Shown in pieces: positions 19,493 to 29,711 of a stretch of 64,000 bases of DNA. The translations under genes were made by a program, and so were the position numbers. The notes beneath the pieces were generated by a model. That model did no database searches. It saw only the letters and a list, made by a program, of their open reading frames with translations, and was not told where the DNA came from. Numbering within the stretch: position 1 is the stretch's first letter; the number at the start of each line of letters is the position of its first letter. Source of the DNA: an uncultured Actinomycetes bacterium (GTDB lineage Bacteria; Actinomycetota; Thermoleophilia; UBA2241); contig CAVYCN010000008.1 in assembly GCA_963767005.1 (NCBI GenBank), forward strand, positions 1 to 64,000. The letters run 5' to 3'.

Positions 19493-20656
19493 GTGGACTT
19501 CGACAGGCCGATCGAGCGTCGCGGGACGGCGAGCTACAAATGGGACCGCTACGGGCCGGACGTGCTGCCGTTCTGGGTGGCCGACATGGACCTGCCCTCG
19601 CCGCCGGCCGTCGTGGCGGCGCTCGAGCGCCGCGCCGCGCACGGCGTCTACGGCTACTCGACGGTGCCCGACTCGCTCGTTGAGGCCATGCTCGCCCACC
19701 TCGCCGGGTCGTACGGCTGGCGCGTGCCGGCCGGGGCGCTCGTGTTCCTGCCGGGGGTGGTGCCGGCTCTCAACCTCGCCTGCCGGGCCTTTGCAGCACG
19801 CGACGAGGCGGTTCTCACCGTCGTGCCGGCCTACCCGCCGTTCCTCGAGGCGCCGGGCCTGCAGGGCCGCCGCCTGGTCACGGCGGCGGCGCGCCTCGAA
19901 GACGGACGCTGGCGGCTGCCGCTCGCCGCGCTCGAGGACGCCGTCACGCCGGACACGAGGGTGCTGCTCTTCTGCCATCCCCACAACCCGCTCGGCCGCG
20001 TCTGGGACGAGGCCGAGCTCGCCGCCGTGGTCGACCTCTGCCGCCGCCGCGACCTGGTGCTCGTCTCCGACGAGATCCACTGCGACCTGGTCCTCGACCC
20101 GGTCCGTCACGTGCCGGCCGCCGTGTCTGCCCCCGATGCCGCCGCGCGCATCGTCACGCTCATGGCGCCGAGCAAGACGTTCAACCTGCCCGGCCTGAAC
20201 TTCGCCTTCGCGGTGATCACCGACGAGGAGCTGCGGCGCCGCTTCGTGGCGGCCGGCGGCGGCCTGCTGCCGTTCCCCGGCTGCTTCGCGCTCGCCGCGG
20301 CCGAGGCCGCCTACCGCGAGGGCGGCGAGTGGCTCGCCGAGCTGCGCGCCTACCTGCGCGGCAACGCCGACCGCGTCGCCGCGTTCGTCGCCGACTCGCT
20401 GCCCGGCGTGGCGACCACGCGGGTCGAGGCGACCTACCTCGCGTGGCTCGACGCGCGCGCCTGGCTCGGGGTCCACGGCGACGCTCCCGACGCCGCCGCG
20501 CGCGCCTGCCTGCGCTCGGGGGTCGCCCTGTCCGACGGGCGTGCCTTCGGCGCCGAACCCGGCCATTTGCGGCTGAACTTCGGCTGCCCGCGGGCGCAGC
20601 TCGACGAGGGCCTGCGCCGGCTCGGCCGGGCCCTGGGCGGAGGCCGGGCCACGTGA
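19493..20656 (+). CDS. MalY/PatB-family PLP-dependent C-S lyase
   Basis: KWD, WVADMD, CHPHNP.GRVW, SDEIH, APSKTFNLPG, EATYLAWLD, RLNFGC. Confidence 0.93.
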   Translation: MDFDRPIERRGTASYKWDRYGPDVLPFWVADMDLPSPPAVVAALERRAAHGVYGYSTVPDSLVEAMLAHLAGSYGWRVPAGALVFLPGVVPALNLACRAFAARDEAVLTVVPAYPPFLEAPGLQGRRLVTAAARLEDGRWRLPLAALEDAVTPDTRVLLFCHPHNPLGRVWDEAELAAVVDLCRRRDLVLVSDEIHCDLVLDPVRHVPAAVSAPDAAARIVTLMAPSKTFNLPGLNFAFAVITDEELRRRFVAAGGGLLPFPGCFALAAAEAAYREGGEWLAELRAYLRGNADRVAAFVADSLPGVATTRVEATYLAWLDARAWLGVHGDAPDAAARACLRSGVALSDGRAFGAEPGHLRLNFGCPRAQLDEGLRRLGRALGGGRAT

Positions 20657-22134
20657 CGATCCTGGCCCTCGATCAGGGCACGACGAGCTCGCGGGCGCTC
20701 CTCGTCGATCGCGCGGGCCACGTGGTCGCGTCGGCCCAACGGACGGTCGGTCAGACCTACCCCCAGCCCGGCTGGGTCGAGCAGGACGCCGTCGCCATCT
20801 GGCGCACGCAGCTCGAGACGGCGCGCGAGGCCCTGGGCCGAGCCGGCCCGAACGCGGCCGGCGTCGCGGCCGTCGGCATCGCCAACCAGCGCGAGACGAC
20901 GGTCGTGTGGGATCGGGCGAGCGGCGCGCCGGTCGCGCCGGCGATCGTCTGGCAGGACCGCCGCACGGCCGACGCCTGCGCCGCGCTCGCCGCCGCCGGC
21001 CACGAGGCGCTCGTGCGCGAACGCACCGGTCTGCTGCTCGATCCCTACTTCACGGCGACCAAGCTGGGCTGGATCCTCGACCACGCGCCCGGCGGCCGCG
21101 CCCGCGCCGCGCGCGGCGAGCTCGCCGCCGGCACGGTCGACTCGTGGCTCGTCTGGAACCTCACCGGCGGCCGGCTGCACGTGACCGACGCGACCAACGC
21201 CTCGCGCACGCTGCTCTACGACCTGCGCGCCGGCGACTGGGACGACGAGCTGCTCACCCTGTTCGACCTGCCGCGCGAGCTGCTGCCCCGCGTGGTCGAC
21301 ACCTGCCGCGTGGTCGGCGAGACCGAGCGCGACCTGTTCGGCCGGCCGCTGCCCATCGCCGCGCTCTGCGGCGACCAGCAGGCGGCCCTGTTCGGTCAGG
21401 GCTGCACGGAGCCCGGCCGGGCCAAGGTCACCTACGGCACGGGCTGCTTCCTGCTCGCGCACACAGGCGACTCGCCGGTCGCGTCGTCGCGCGGCCTGCT
21501 CGCGACCGTCGCGTTGCAGCGCGACGGCGCCCGCAGCTTCGCGCTCGAGGGCAGCGCCTTCGTCGGCGGCGCCGCCGTGCGCTGGCTCTGCGACGCCCTC
21601 GGCGTGATCGAGACGGCGGCCGAGGCGAGCGCGCTCGCCGCCCAGGTCGGGTCGGGCGAGGGCGTCACCTTCGTGCCCGCCCTCGCCGGCCTCGGCGCCC
21701 CCCACTGGGACCCCGCGGCGCGCGGCGCCTTCTTCGGCCTCTCGCTGGGCACGACGCGGGCCCACCTGGCGAGAGCGGTGCTCGAGGGCGTCGCCTTCGA
21801 GGTCGCCGACCTTGCCGCTGCCGCCGCGGCCGACGCCGGGCGCCCGCTCGACGAGCTGCGCGCCGACGGCGGCGCGTCGGTGAGCGACGCGCTGCTCCAG
21901 CTCCAGGCCGATCTCCTCGGCGTCCCGGTCGTGCGCGCCGCCCAGCCCGAGTCGACGGCCCTGGGCGCGGCCGCCCTGGCCGGTCTCGCCGTCGGCCTCT
22001 GGCGCGACGCCGCCGAGATCGCGGCGCTCGCGCTTCCGGGCCGGCGCTTCATCCCGGATCCCGCGGTCGAGCGCGGACCGCTCCTGGAGCGCTGGCGGCG
22101 CGCGGTGACGGCGGTGCGCCGGCTGGGGAGCTGA
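20653..22134 (+). CDS. glpK: Glycerol kinase
   Basis: LDQGTTSSRA, NQRETT, IVWQDRRT, DPYFTATK, GDQQAALFGQ, YGTGCF. Confidence 0.93.
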   Translation: MTILALDQGTTSSRALLVDRAGHVVASAQRTVGQTYPQPGWVEQDAVAIWRTQLETAREALGRAGPNAAGVAAVGIANQRETTVVWDRASGAPVAPAIVWQDRRTADACAALAAAGHEALVRERTGLLLDPYFTATKLGWILDHAPGGRARAARGELAAGTVDSWLVWNLTGGRLHVTDATNASRTLLYDLRAGDWDDELLTLFDLPRELLPRVVDTCRVVGETERDLFGRPLPIAALCGDQQAALFGQGCTEPGRAKVTYGTGCFLLAHTGDSPVASSRGLLATVALQRDGARSFALEGSAFVGGAAVRWLCDALGVIETAAEASALAAQVGSGEGVTFVPALAGLGAPHWDPAARGAFFGLSLGTTRAHLARAVLEGVAFEVADLAAAAAADAGRPLDELRADGGASVSDALLQLQADLLGVPVVRAAQPESTALGAAALAGLAVGLWRDAAEIAALALPGRRFIPDPAVERGPLLERWRRAVTAVRRLGS

Positions 22135-22143
22135 GGGGACGCG

Positions 22144-22755
22144 ATGAGCGCTCCCACGCCGGCCGAGATCGACCGCGCCCTCGAGCGCGCCTGGGACCAG
22201 CTCGACGCCGGTGAGTCGAGGCGGGTCGCCGAGCTGCTGCGGCCGCTGCTGGCTCGCGGCGTGCGCGATCCGGCCGATGCGGCCGACCTGCACCACCTGC
22301 TGGGTCTGGCCTGCGAGGCGGCGGGCGACCGCGCCGGCATGGTGGCGGAGTGGCTCGAGACGCTGCGCCTCGACCGCGAGAGCGACGGCCCCCGCGAGCT
22401 CGGCGACGCCGCGCTCGCCGACGCCGTCGCGGACGCCCTCGATGAGCTGCCCGACGAGATCGTGGAGCGGCTCGGCAACCTGCCGATCATCGCCGACGAG
22501 CGGCCCTCGGCCGACATGGTGCGCGACGGGACCGACCCGCGCCTCCTCGGGCTGTTCCACGGCCTGCCGCTCGGCCACGAATCGCAGCTCGGGCCGGCCT
22601 ACGCCGGCACCATCCACCTGTTCGTGCGCAACCTCGAGCGCGAGAGCGCCGACGCCCGCGAGCTGCGCGAGCAGATCCGGGTGACGGTGCTCCACGAGAC
22701 GGCCCACTTCATCGGGCTCGACGAGGACGACCTGCATCGCCTCGGCCTGGATTGA
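22144..22755 (+). CDS. Minimal zincin metallopeptidase (Zincin_1-like) with helical N-terminus
   Basis: LLGLFHG, VTVLHETAHFIG (HEXXH), C-terminal LHRLGL. Confidence 0.85.
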   Translation: MSAPTPAEIDRALERAWDQLDAGESRRVAELLRPLLARGVRDPADAADLHHLLGLACEAAGDRAGMVAEWLETLRLDRESDGPRELGDAALADAVADALDELPDEIVERLGNLPIIADERPSADMVRDGTDPRLLGLFHGLPLGHESQLGPAYAGTIHLFVRNLERESADARELREQIRVTVLHETAHFIGLDEDDLHRLGLD

Positions 22756-22863
22756 GGGAAGTCGCGCCGGTCTGAGCGCCGGGTACGGGGTCCCCTGGCG
22801 CGTGCGGCGCGCGGCGCAGTCGCTCGTCGAACGAGCCACGCCCGGGCGCCGTCGGCTATGTCG

Positions 22864-22869
22864 TAGACT
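22864..22869 (+). promoter_or_regulatory. -10 box, probably for a leaderless transcript
   Basis: TAGACT 6 nt before ATG 22876; no SD. Confidence 0.55.
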
Positions 22870-22875
22870 TAGCAC

Positions 22876-25800
22876 ATGTGCCGTGCCGACGCCTCGCCCC
22901 GCCGCGATCAGCCAGAGCCCGGTGCTCGATCCCTTCTGATCGGCGTCGACGCCGGCAAGGTCACGACCTCGCTCGCCTGGGGCCGGCTCACGCCGGACGG
23001 CGCGCTCGCCGTCGAGGGCACGAGCGCCGTCCGCCACCTCGGCGACCCGCTCGCCGCGCTGCGCGACCTGTACGGGTCGCTCGGCCCGGACAGGATCGCC
23101 GGCATCGTGGCGACCGGCGCCTTCGGCGACCGTCTCGCGGCGCCGGCGCTGGGCGGCGTGCCCGAGGAGATCGCTCAGGAGTGGGCCGCGCGGGAGCTGC
23201 AGGGCGACGCGGGGCCGCTCACCGTCGTGCGCATCGGCGGCGGCGGCTACTCGGTGCTCGCGCGCGACGCCGCCGGCCGCACCTCGTATGAGACCAACGA
23301 GCGCTGCTCGGCCGGTACCGGCGAGACGGTCGAGGGGCTGTGCGCCCGTCTCGGCTGCGACCTCGACGAGGCCGTGGCCCTCGCGACGGCGGCCGACAGG
23401 GGCGTCACCGTCACCTCGCGCTGCGCGGTCTTCGCCAAGAGCGAGCTCACCCATTTCGCCAATCAGGGCGAGGACCACGGCCGCCTGTTCCGCGGCCTGT
23501 TCGAGAGCGTCGCGCGCAACGTGCACGCGCTCTACGACCGCGCCAAGGTCGAGGGGCCCGTCGTGCTGATCGGCCATGGCGCCCTGATCGGCCCGCTGGT
23601 CGAAGCCTTCCGCGGCCTTGCGCAGGCGCCGGTCGAGGTGTCGCCGCGGGCGGGCGTGTTCGAGGCCCTCGGTGCTTTGCATCTGGCGGCGACCCAGGAC
23701 TGGGACGGTCGCGCCTGGCCGGCGAGCTTCGACGACCTGGTCGTGGCGCACCGCGGCCGCGTGCGGGCGCTCGCGCCGGCCGACGCGGGACCGGGCTCGG
23801 TGGTGCTCCTCGACGGGCAGCGCGCGGCAGGGGTCGCGGCCACGACGGACACACCCGCACCCGGCGAGGCGGACGGGCCGCCGGCCGCGGCGCCCGCCGG
23901 CGCCGTGCTCGGCCTCGATCTCGGTTCGACCGGCTCCAAGGGTCTGCTCCTCGACCCCGGCAGCGGGGCGGTGCTGGCCGACGTGTATCGGCGCACCGAC
24001 GGCAACCCGGTCGAGGCCGCCAAGCGGCTCGTCGACGACCTGCGCGCGGCGCGCCCGGACGACGCCGTCGTGGCCGTGGGCCTCACCGGCTCGGGACGCG
24101 ACGCCGTCGCGACCGTCATGCGCGCCGCCTGGCCCGACCTCGGCGAACGTCTCACCGTGCTGAACGAGATCGTGGCGCACGCCGCCGCGGCCGTGCGCTT
24201 CGACCCCGAAGGCGGCCGCAGCCTGTCGATCGTCGAGATCGGGGGGCAGGACGCCAAGTTCATCAACGTGCGCGACGGCCGTGTGCTCGAGTCGGACATG
24301 AACCGGGTCTGCAGCGCCGGCACCGGCTCGTTCCTCGAGGAGCAGGCGCTCGCCCACGGCCTCGACGACATCGCCGGGTTCGGCGACCTCGCCGCCGCCT
24401 CGCAGCGGCCGCCCGACCTCGGCCAGACCTGCACAGTGTTCGTCGCCGACGTCGCCGCCGAAGCCCTCGCCGACGGCTTCAGCCGGGCCGACATCTTCGC
24501 CGGGCTGCAGTACTCGGTGATCAAGAACTACATCGGCCGGGTCATGGGCGACCGGCGTTTTCTCGACCGCGTCTTCTTTCAGGGCAAGCCGGCGAGCAAC
24601 CCCTCGCTGGCGCGCACGCTGGCGGCGGTGACCGGCCGCGAGGTCGTGGTGCCGCCCAACCCGGGGGCGATGGGTGCCCTCGGCATCGCCCTGCTGGCCG
24701 CGGAGAAGGCGGCGGCGGACGTGCCGGCCGCCGCGGCGCCGGTCTCGCCGGCCGCCGCGACGGCGCTCAACCTCGACGTCTTCGCGGCCGCCCGCGTCGT
24801 CGAGCGCAGGAGCGGGCGCTGCGGCGACCGGCAGTGCGCCAACCTCTGCCGCCTCGAGACGGCCGTCGTCGAGGTCGCCGGCGAGCGCCGCCGCGTGGTG
24901 AGCGGCGGCAACTGCCCCAAATACGACGAGCGCTCCGAGGTCGGTGCCAAGCTGCCGCGCGAGGCGCCGAACCCCTATCGCGAGCGGGCCGAGCTGATCG
25001 AGGAGCTCCTGCGCGAGGCCGGCGGCGACGGGGCGGCGCCGGCCGGCCCGCTGGCCGGCCGCCGCCTCGGCCTGCCCGCCGCCCACTATCTGATCGACAC
25101 GCTGCCGTTCTTCGCCGCCTTCCTTGGCGCGCTGGGGGCGCGCGTCGAGGTGCTGCGTCCCACGGTCGACACGCTGGCGCGCGGCGACCGTCGCTGCGCC
25201 GCACCGGGCGCCTGCGCGCCCGTCAAGATGGCCCACGGCCTGACCGGCGACGGGTCGCTCGACGCCCTGTTCCTGCCGGCGTTCATCAACCTGCCGACCG
25301 CCGGAGCGGCCGGCACCTACACCTGTCCGATCGCCCAGGGCACGCCTCAGATGCTCGACTTCGCGCTGCGCGGCGAGCGCGACGCGCCGCCCGTGGTGCG
25401 CCCCGTGCTCTTCGAGCGCGCTGCCGACGGCTTCGCCGGCGCCGCCTTCGTGAGCGAGCTCGAGGAGGCCGCCGCCCTGCTCGGCGTCCACGACGCGGCG
25501 GCCGTGCGCGCCGCCCACGCGGCCGCCTGCGCGGTCTGGGAACGGTATCGCGCCGGCCTCGCCGCGATCGGCGCGCGCGCCCTGGCCTTCGCTCGCGCGC
25601 ACGACGCGCCGGTGGTGCTCGTCGTCGGCGAGGTGCACGTGGTCCACGACGAGGTCCTGAACTCGGGCATCCACGAGCTCGTGGCCGAGAACGGCGCCGT
25701 GCCGCTACCGCTCGACTGCCTGCCGGCCGGCGACGACGTGCCGGCACTGCGCTGCGTGCACTGGGCGGGCGCGGGTGAGACCCTGCGCGCCGCCGTGGCC

Positions 25801-27345
25801 GCGCCCGACCGCGGCGACGTCTTCCCGCTGCTGCTGTGCGCCTACGGCTGCGGCCCCAACTCGATGGTCGAGCATCTCTTCGACGACCTGCTCGCCGACT
25901 ACCCGCACACCGTGCTCGAGAGCGACGGTCACGGCGGCTCGGCCGGCTACGTCACGCGGGTCCAGGCCTTCCTGCACGCGGTGCGCGGCTATCGCGAGAC
26001 GCGGCGCATCGCGCCGGGCGCCGTCGCGCCGAGCCCCGTCGCGCCGCACGTGCTCGCCCGTTGCGAGCGCCCGGTCGGCCTGTCGCTGCGCACAAACCGC
26101 GACCGCACCTTCGTCTTTGGCAACATCGGCGGCAACGGCGGCCGCTTCGCGGCCGCCGCCATGCGTGGCGCCGGGCTCGACGCGCGCTTCGTGGGCGCGA
26201 CCTCGGCGGCCGCCCTCGACAGCGGCCGTCAGGGCTGCTCGGGCAAGGAGTGCCTGCCCTACCAGCTCATCTGGGGCACCCTGTCCGACTACCTGCGCCG
26301 CGACGGCGACACGCTGGGCCCGGGCGGCTGCATCTTCGTGAGCATCGGCCGTGGCTTCCAGGCCTGCCGGCCCAACCTGTTCCCGGTCGTGCAGCAGATC
26401 CAGCTCGAGCGCCTCGGTTACGACGGCGCCGTCGAGGTGGCCGACTTCAGCCTGATCTTCGAGGACTGGGCGCTCACGTCGGTCGTCTGGGTCGGCGCGG
26501 CGACGGCCGACCTGCTCAACATGCTGCGCTTCTACCACTACGCCGACGAGCCGCGCCGGGGCGCCGCCGACGCCCTCTACGACGCCTACGCCGACCGGCT
26601 CGAGGCCCTGCTGGCCGCGCCGCGCCTGACCGGCAAGGTCAAGGGCCTGAACGACGCCCGGGCCGTGCTGCGCCGCTGCGAGACGCTCCTCGGCGAAGCG
26701 GCCGCCGCCTTCGCGGCGCTCGCGCCGGCCGCGCCCGACGGCGACCTGCGCACGATCTTCCTGTGCGGCGACATCTACCTGCGCGTCGACGAATGGGGCA
26801 ACGACGACCTGCAGCGCAAGCTCGCCGACGAGGGCCTGCACGTGATCTTCGAGCCGTTCGGCGAGATCTTCGAGCTGCTCGCCCTGCGCGACGCGCGCGA
26901 GCACGGCCTGACCACGCGCCTCGGCGGCAAGCGCCTCGCCACCCTCAAGTTCATGCGCTACGTCGTGCGCCGCCTGGTGGCCGTCACCAGGCGTCACGAG
27001 CCGTGGGTGTTCTGGCACGACGTCGGCGACGTCTGGCGAGCGAGCGAGGAGCTCTTCGACGGCTACCCGTTCGGCGAGACGATCCCGACCGTGGGCAGCG
27101 CCCTGCGCACCTGGGCGACGGAGCCGGTCGACGGCGTCGTCGTGGTCTCGCCGCGCGGCTGCGCGCCGGCTCTGGTGAGCGAGGCGCAGCTCCGCCGCGG
27201 CGCCGGCTTTCCGCTGCTCTTCGTGTACAACGACGGCGACCCGATCGACCAGGCCCGGCTGGCAGGCTTCGCCTGGCGCCTGCGGTCCCGCCCGGAGCGC
27301 GCGCTCCCGCCGGCGACCTCGGCCGTGGCCCGTCAGCGCCGGTAG
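22876..27345 (+). CDS. 2-hydroxyacyl-CoA dehydratase activase-type multidomain protein (2x BadF/BcrAD ATPase plus dehydratase-like domains)
   Basis: NERCSAGTG, RCAVFAKS, GLDLGSTGSK, EIGGQDAKF, MNRVCSAGTGSFLEEQ, CxxCxNxC, CAPVK, YGCGPNS, ECLP. Confidence 0.9.
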   Translation: MCRADASPRRDQPEPGARSLLIGVDAGKVTTSLAWGRLTPDGALAVEGTSAVRHLGDPLAALRDLYGSLGPDRIAGIVATGAFGDRLAAPALGGVPEEIAQEWAARELQGDAGPLTVVRIGGGGYSVLARDAAGRTSYETNERCSAGTGETVEGLCARLGCDLDEAVALATAADRGVTVTSRCAVFAKSELTHFANQGEDHGRLFRGLFESVARNVHALYDRAKVEGPVVLIGHGALIGPLVEAFRGLAQAPVEVSPRAGVFEALGALHLAATQDWDGRAWPASFDDLVVAHRGRVRALAPADAGPGSVVLLDGQRAAGVAATTDTPAPGEADGPPAAAPAGAVLGLDLGSTGSKGLLLDPGSGAVLADVYRRTDGNPVEAAKRLVDDLRAARPDDAVVAVGLTGSGRDAVATVMRAAWPDLGERLTVLNEIVAHAAAAVRFDPEGGRSLSIVEIGGQDAKFINVRDGRVLESDMNRVCSAGTGSFLEEQALAHGLDDIAGFGDLAAASQRPPDLGQTCTVFVADVAAEALADGFSRADIFAGLQYSVIKNYIGRVMGDRRFLDRVFFQGKPASNPSLARTLAAVTGREVVVPPNPGAMGALGIALLAAEKAAADVPAAAAPVSPAAATALNLDVFAAARVVERRSGRCGDRQCANLCRLETAVVEVAGERRRVVSGGNCPKYDERSEVGAKLPREAPNPYRERAELIEELLREAGGDGAAPAGPLAGRRLGLPAAHYLIDTLPFFAAFLGALGARVEVLRPTVDTLARGDRRCAAPGACAPVKMAHGLTGDGSLDALFLPAFINLPTAGAAGTYTCPIAQGTPQMLDFALRGERDAPPVVRPVLFERAADGFAGAAFVSELEEAAALLGVHDAAAVRAAHAAACAVWERYRAGLAAIGARALAFARAHDAPVVLVVGEVHVVHDEVLNSGIHELVAENGAVPLPLDCLPAGDDVPALRCVHWAGAGETLRAAVAAPDRGDVFPLLLCAYGCGPNSMVEHLFDDLLADYPHTVLESDGHGGSAGYVTRVQAFLHAVRGYRETRRIAPGAVAPSPVAPHVLARCERPVGLSLRTNRDRTFVFGNIGGNGGRFAAAAMRGAGLDARFVGATSAAALDSGRQGCSGKECLPYQLIWGTLSDYLRRDGDTLGPGGCIFVSIGRGFQACRPNLFPVVQQIQLERLGYDGAVEVADFSLIFEDWALTSVVWVGAATADLLNMLRFYHYADEPRRGAADALYDAYADRLEALLAAPRLTGKVKGLNDARAVLRRCETLLGEAAAAFAALAPAAPDGDLRTIFLCGDIYLRVDEWGNDDLQRKLADEGLHVIFEPFGEIFELLALRDAREHGLTTRLGGKRLATLKFMRYVVRRLVAVTRRHEPWVFWHDVGDVWRASEELFDGYPFGETIPTVGSALRTWATEPVDGVVVVSPRGCAPALVSEAQLRRGAGFPLLFVYNDGDPIDQARLAGFAWRLRSRPERALPPATSAVARQRR

Positions 27346-27830
27346 AAGCGGCGCACGCTCGGCGCCAGCGTGAGCGCCACGATCGCGGCGCCCACCACGG
27401 CGTACACGGGCTGCAGGAACGAGAACGGGATGATCGCCGACTCGACCGCTATCCAGATGAGGAGCGCGACCCCGACGACGCCGGAGAGCGTCCAGCCCCA
27501 GTGCTGCCCGGGGAAGGGGTTGAGCGCGGCGAGCGCCTCGCCCGCGGGCCGGCGCAGCAGCGCGCCGGCGGTGAGCAGCGGCCCGAGCCCGAGCACGACG
27601 AAGAGGACGATCCCGGGCACGAGGTAGTCGTGGAACGGCGAGCCGGCGAGGTAGGACACCGGCATCTTCATGATGCCGCCGTGCGGCGCGGCGACCAGGG
27701 CGCCGCCGCCGGCCATGGCGCCGACCGCCTGCACGAGCAGGACGACGATCAGCGCGCTGGCGGCGACGGGTCGGCGCCCGCCGGCGGGCCGGCCGGCGGT
27801 GGTGCGCGGGCGGGTCGTGTCGGTCTGCAC
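27333..27830 (-). CDS. Four-TM hypothetical membrane protein
   Basis: GG..L..P.G..M....L.GSPF.DYL.PG..LF pattern; TACACT -10 at 27872-27877. Confidence 0.8.
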   Translation of the reverse strand: MQTDTTRPRTTAGRPAGGRRPVAASALIVVLLVQAVGAMAGGGALVAAPHGGIMKMPVSYLAGSPFHDYLVPGIVLFVVLGLGPLLTAGALLRRPAGEALAALNPFPGQHWGWTLSGVVGVALLIWIAVESAIIPFSFLQPVYAVVGAAIVALTLAPSVRRFYRR

Positions 27831-27912
27831 CAGACCTCCGGGTCTCGTTTCGGGGAGCGGGCTCAGGCGAAAGTGTAGGCGACGGCGCCGCCGCGTGCAG
27901 CCCGGCGGCCTC

Positions 27913-28716
27913 TCAGTGGCCCGTCAGGCGCAGGGTGGCGACGACGGGTAGATGGTCCGAGGGGCGGCGGCGGTGGCGGCCGCCGGCCGCCGCCGCCCCC
28001 ACCTCCCACCCGGCGCTCACGAGCAGGTAGTCGATGCGGCGCCCCGGCCGGCCGTGCGCCGGCAGGGTCGTGGGCGGGCAGTCGCCGAGCGCCCGCTGGT
28101 GTGCCGCGTCGTGGCCGGCGGCGAGCGCGAAGACGTCGCGCAGGCCGCCGTCGAGCAGGGTCGCGACCGCCTCGTCGCCGGGCTCGGCGTTGAGGTCGCC
28201 GGCGACGACCCAGGGGAGACCGGGGTCGAGCCAGGCGAGCAGCGCGCGGGCGCTGCGGTGGCGTGAGCTCGCCGGGCGGCCCTCGAGGTGGCAGTCGGCG
28301 ACCGCGAAGGAGCGGCCGCTCACGCGGTCGGTGAAGCGCGCGAGTGTGACCACCCGCGGCTGGCGGTTGCCCCAGCCGGTCGAGCCGGGCAGGTCCGGCG
28401 TGTCCGAGAACCAGCGGGTGCGGGCCTCATCGAGCCGCAGGCGGTCGGTCCGCCAGAGCACGGCGCAGCGCTCGCCGCGGCGGCCGTTCGTGCGGCCGTC
28501 ACCGGCCGCCGCGTAGCCCGGCAGGCGGCGCAGCAGGTACCGCTGCTGAAAGCCGTGGACCTCCTGGAGGCAGGCGACGTCGGCGTCGAGGCCGGCGAGC
28601 ACGGCGGCCGTCGCCCGGCGCCGCAGCGGCCACGAGTCGAGGCCGTCGCAGGCGATGCCGTTGCGCACGTTGAAGGTCGCCACGCGCAGCGACGGGGAGC
28701 CGGCGACGGTGCTCAC
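27913..28716 (-). CDS. Endonuclease/exonuclease/phosphatase-family protein
   Basis: ATFNV, CLQEV, GDLN, RIDY, SDH; GTG overlaps the upstream stop. Confidence 0.92.
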   Translation of the reverse strand: MSTVAGSPSLRVATFNVRNGIACDGLDSWPLRRRATAAVLAGLDADVACLQEVHGFQQRYLLRRLPGYAAAGDGRTNGRRGERCAVLWRTDRLRLDEARTRWFSDTPDLPGSTGWGNRQPRVVTLARFTDRVSGRSFAVADCHLEGRPASSRHRSARALLAWLDPGLPWVVAGDLNAEPGDEAVATLLDGGLRDVFALAAGHDAAHQRALGDCPPTTLPAHGRPGRRIDYLLVSAGWEVGAAAAGGRHRRRPSDHLPVVATLRLTGH

Positions 28717-29177
28717 CGGGGGCGCGGCGCGCGCAGCAGGGCGAGCGCGGCGGCGATGAACGCGGCCGAGGCCAGCAGCGGCACCCAGACCGGCTCCCAC
28801 CACTGATGCGGCATCAGGAACAGCAGGTCACGGGTGGAAAGCGAAGCCGGCCAGTCGAGCATGATCCGCAGGGCGACGTAGTAGCCGATGTCCCAGACGC
28901 CGAAGGCGAGCAGGAAATAGGCGAGCCATTGGCGCGGGCCGCGGCCGGCGAGCAGGGCGACGGCGGCCAGCATGACGATGGTGGCCGCCTCGCGCGCCCG
29001 CTCGTGGCTGAGGTAAGCGGTCGGGAACGTGAAGCGGCCCTGGGCGAACACGGCGCCGTACTGCAGGGCAAAGAGCCGGCGCAGGTAGTAGACGACCATG
29101 GCCTCGACCAGCGCCATGGCGGTCGCGTAAACGCCGACGACGAGGAGCCGGAGCCACAGTGACGAACTTGTCGGCAT
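28713..29177 (-). CDS. Hypothetical membrane protein
   Basis: E..VVYYLR, REAATIVML, FGVWDI.YY, DLLFL.P..W..PV; hydrophobic helices. Confidence 0.8.
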   Translation of the reverse strand: MPTSSSLWLRLLVVGVYATAMALVEAMVVYYLRRLFALQYGAVFAQGRFTFPTAYLSHERAREAATIVMLAAVALLAGRGPRQWLAYFLLAFGVWDIGYYVALRIMLDWPASLSTRDLLFLMPHQWWEPVWVPLLASAAFIAAALALLRAPRPR

Positions 29178-29228
29178 GAACGTCAGTATCGCCGAAACGG
29201 CGGGGGCGGCGCGAGCGGCGGCGACGCC

Positions 29229-29636
29229 GTGACCGTCGCGCCCCTCAATCCCGCCAGGACCGAGCTGAAGGCGCTGGTGCGCCGCTACCTCACCGCCATG
29301 CGGGAGCGGGGCCGCGCGCCCAATCGCATCGTGCGCTTCGAGAACGTGCCGCTGCCGGCCTGGCTGCTCGACGACCCCGCGCCGCACGCCGAAAGCCGCC
29401 GTTACCTGCTCATGAACGACGGCGATACCTGGTGCGAGACGGTCTACGGCCCGCAGCCGGCGAGCAGCGGCCTGCAGAACAGCTACTCCTGGCTTGCCGC
29501 GCCGACACCGGCCCTCGCCTACACGCTGGACTGCTCGCTCGACGACCTTTGCGGCGGCGGCGACGGTTTCCTCTTCGCCAAGGCGCCTCCGGGCGCCTGG
29601 TACACCGTGAGCGATCGCCGCTCGCGGCCGCGCTGA
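29229..29636 (+). CDS. Hypothetical protein
   Basis: GC3-rich codon usage and balanced composition; fills the gap between neighbours; no family recognised. Confidence 0.6.
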   Translation: MTVAPLNPARTELKALVRRYLTAMRERGRAPNRIVRFENVPLPAWLLDDPAPHAESRRYLLMNDGDTWCETVYGPQPASSGLQNSYSWLAAPTPALAYTLDCSLDDLCGGGDGFLFAKAPPGAWYTVSDRRSRPR

Positions 29637-29711
29637 CGCTCGGGCCGGCGTGACTTCGGCGCGCGCCTAGCGCGCGTCGCGGTCCGGACCGCCGCGGCCC
29701 TACCTGCTACG

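Noticed and set aside
20434-25674. Very long alternative ORFs (1746 aa here; also 29739-32567, 35960-39043, 45385-48783 and others)
   Set aside because: They are antisense or off-frame shadows of well-supported genes, expected in high-GC DNA, and carry no motifs.
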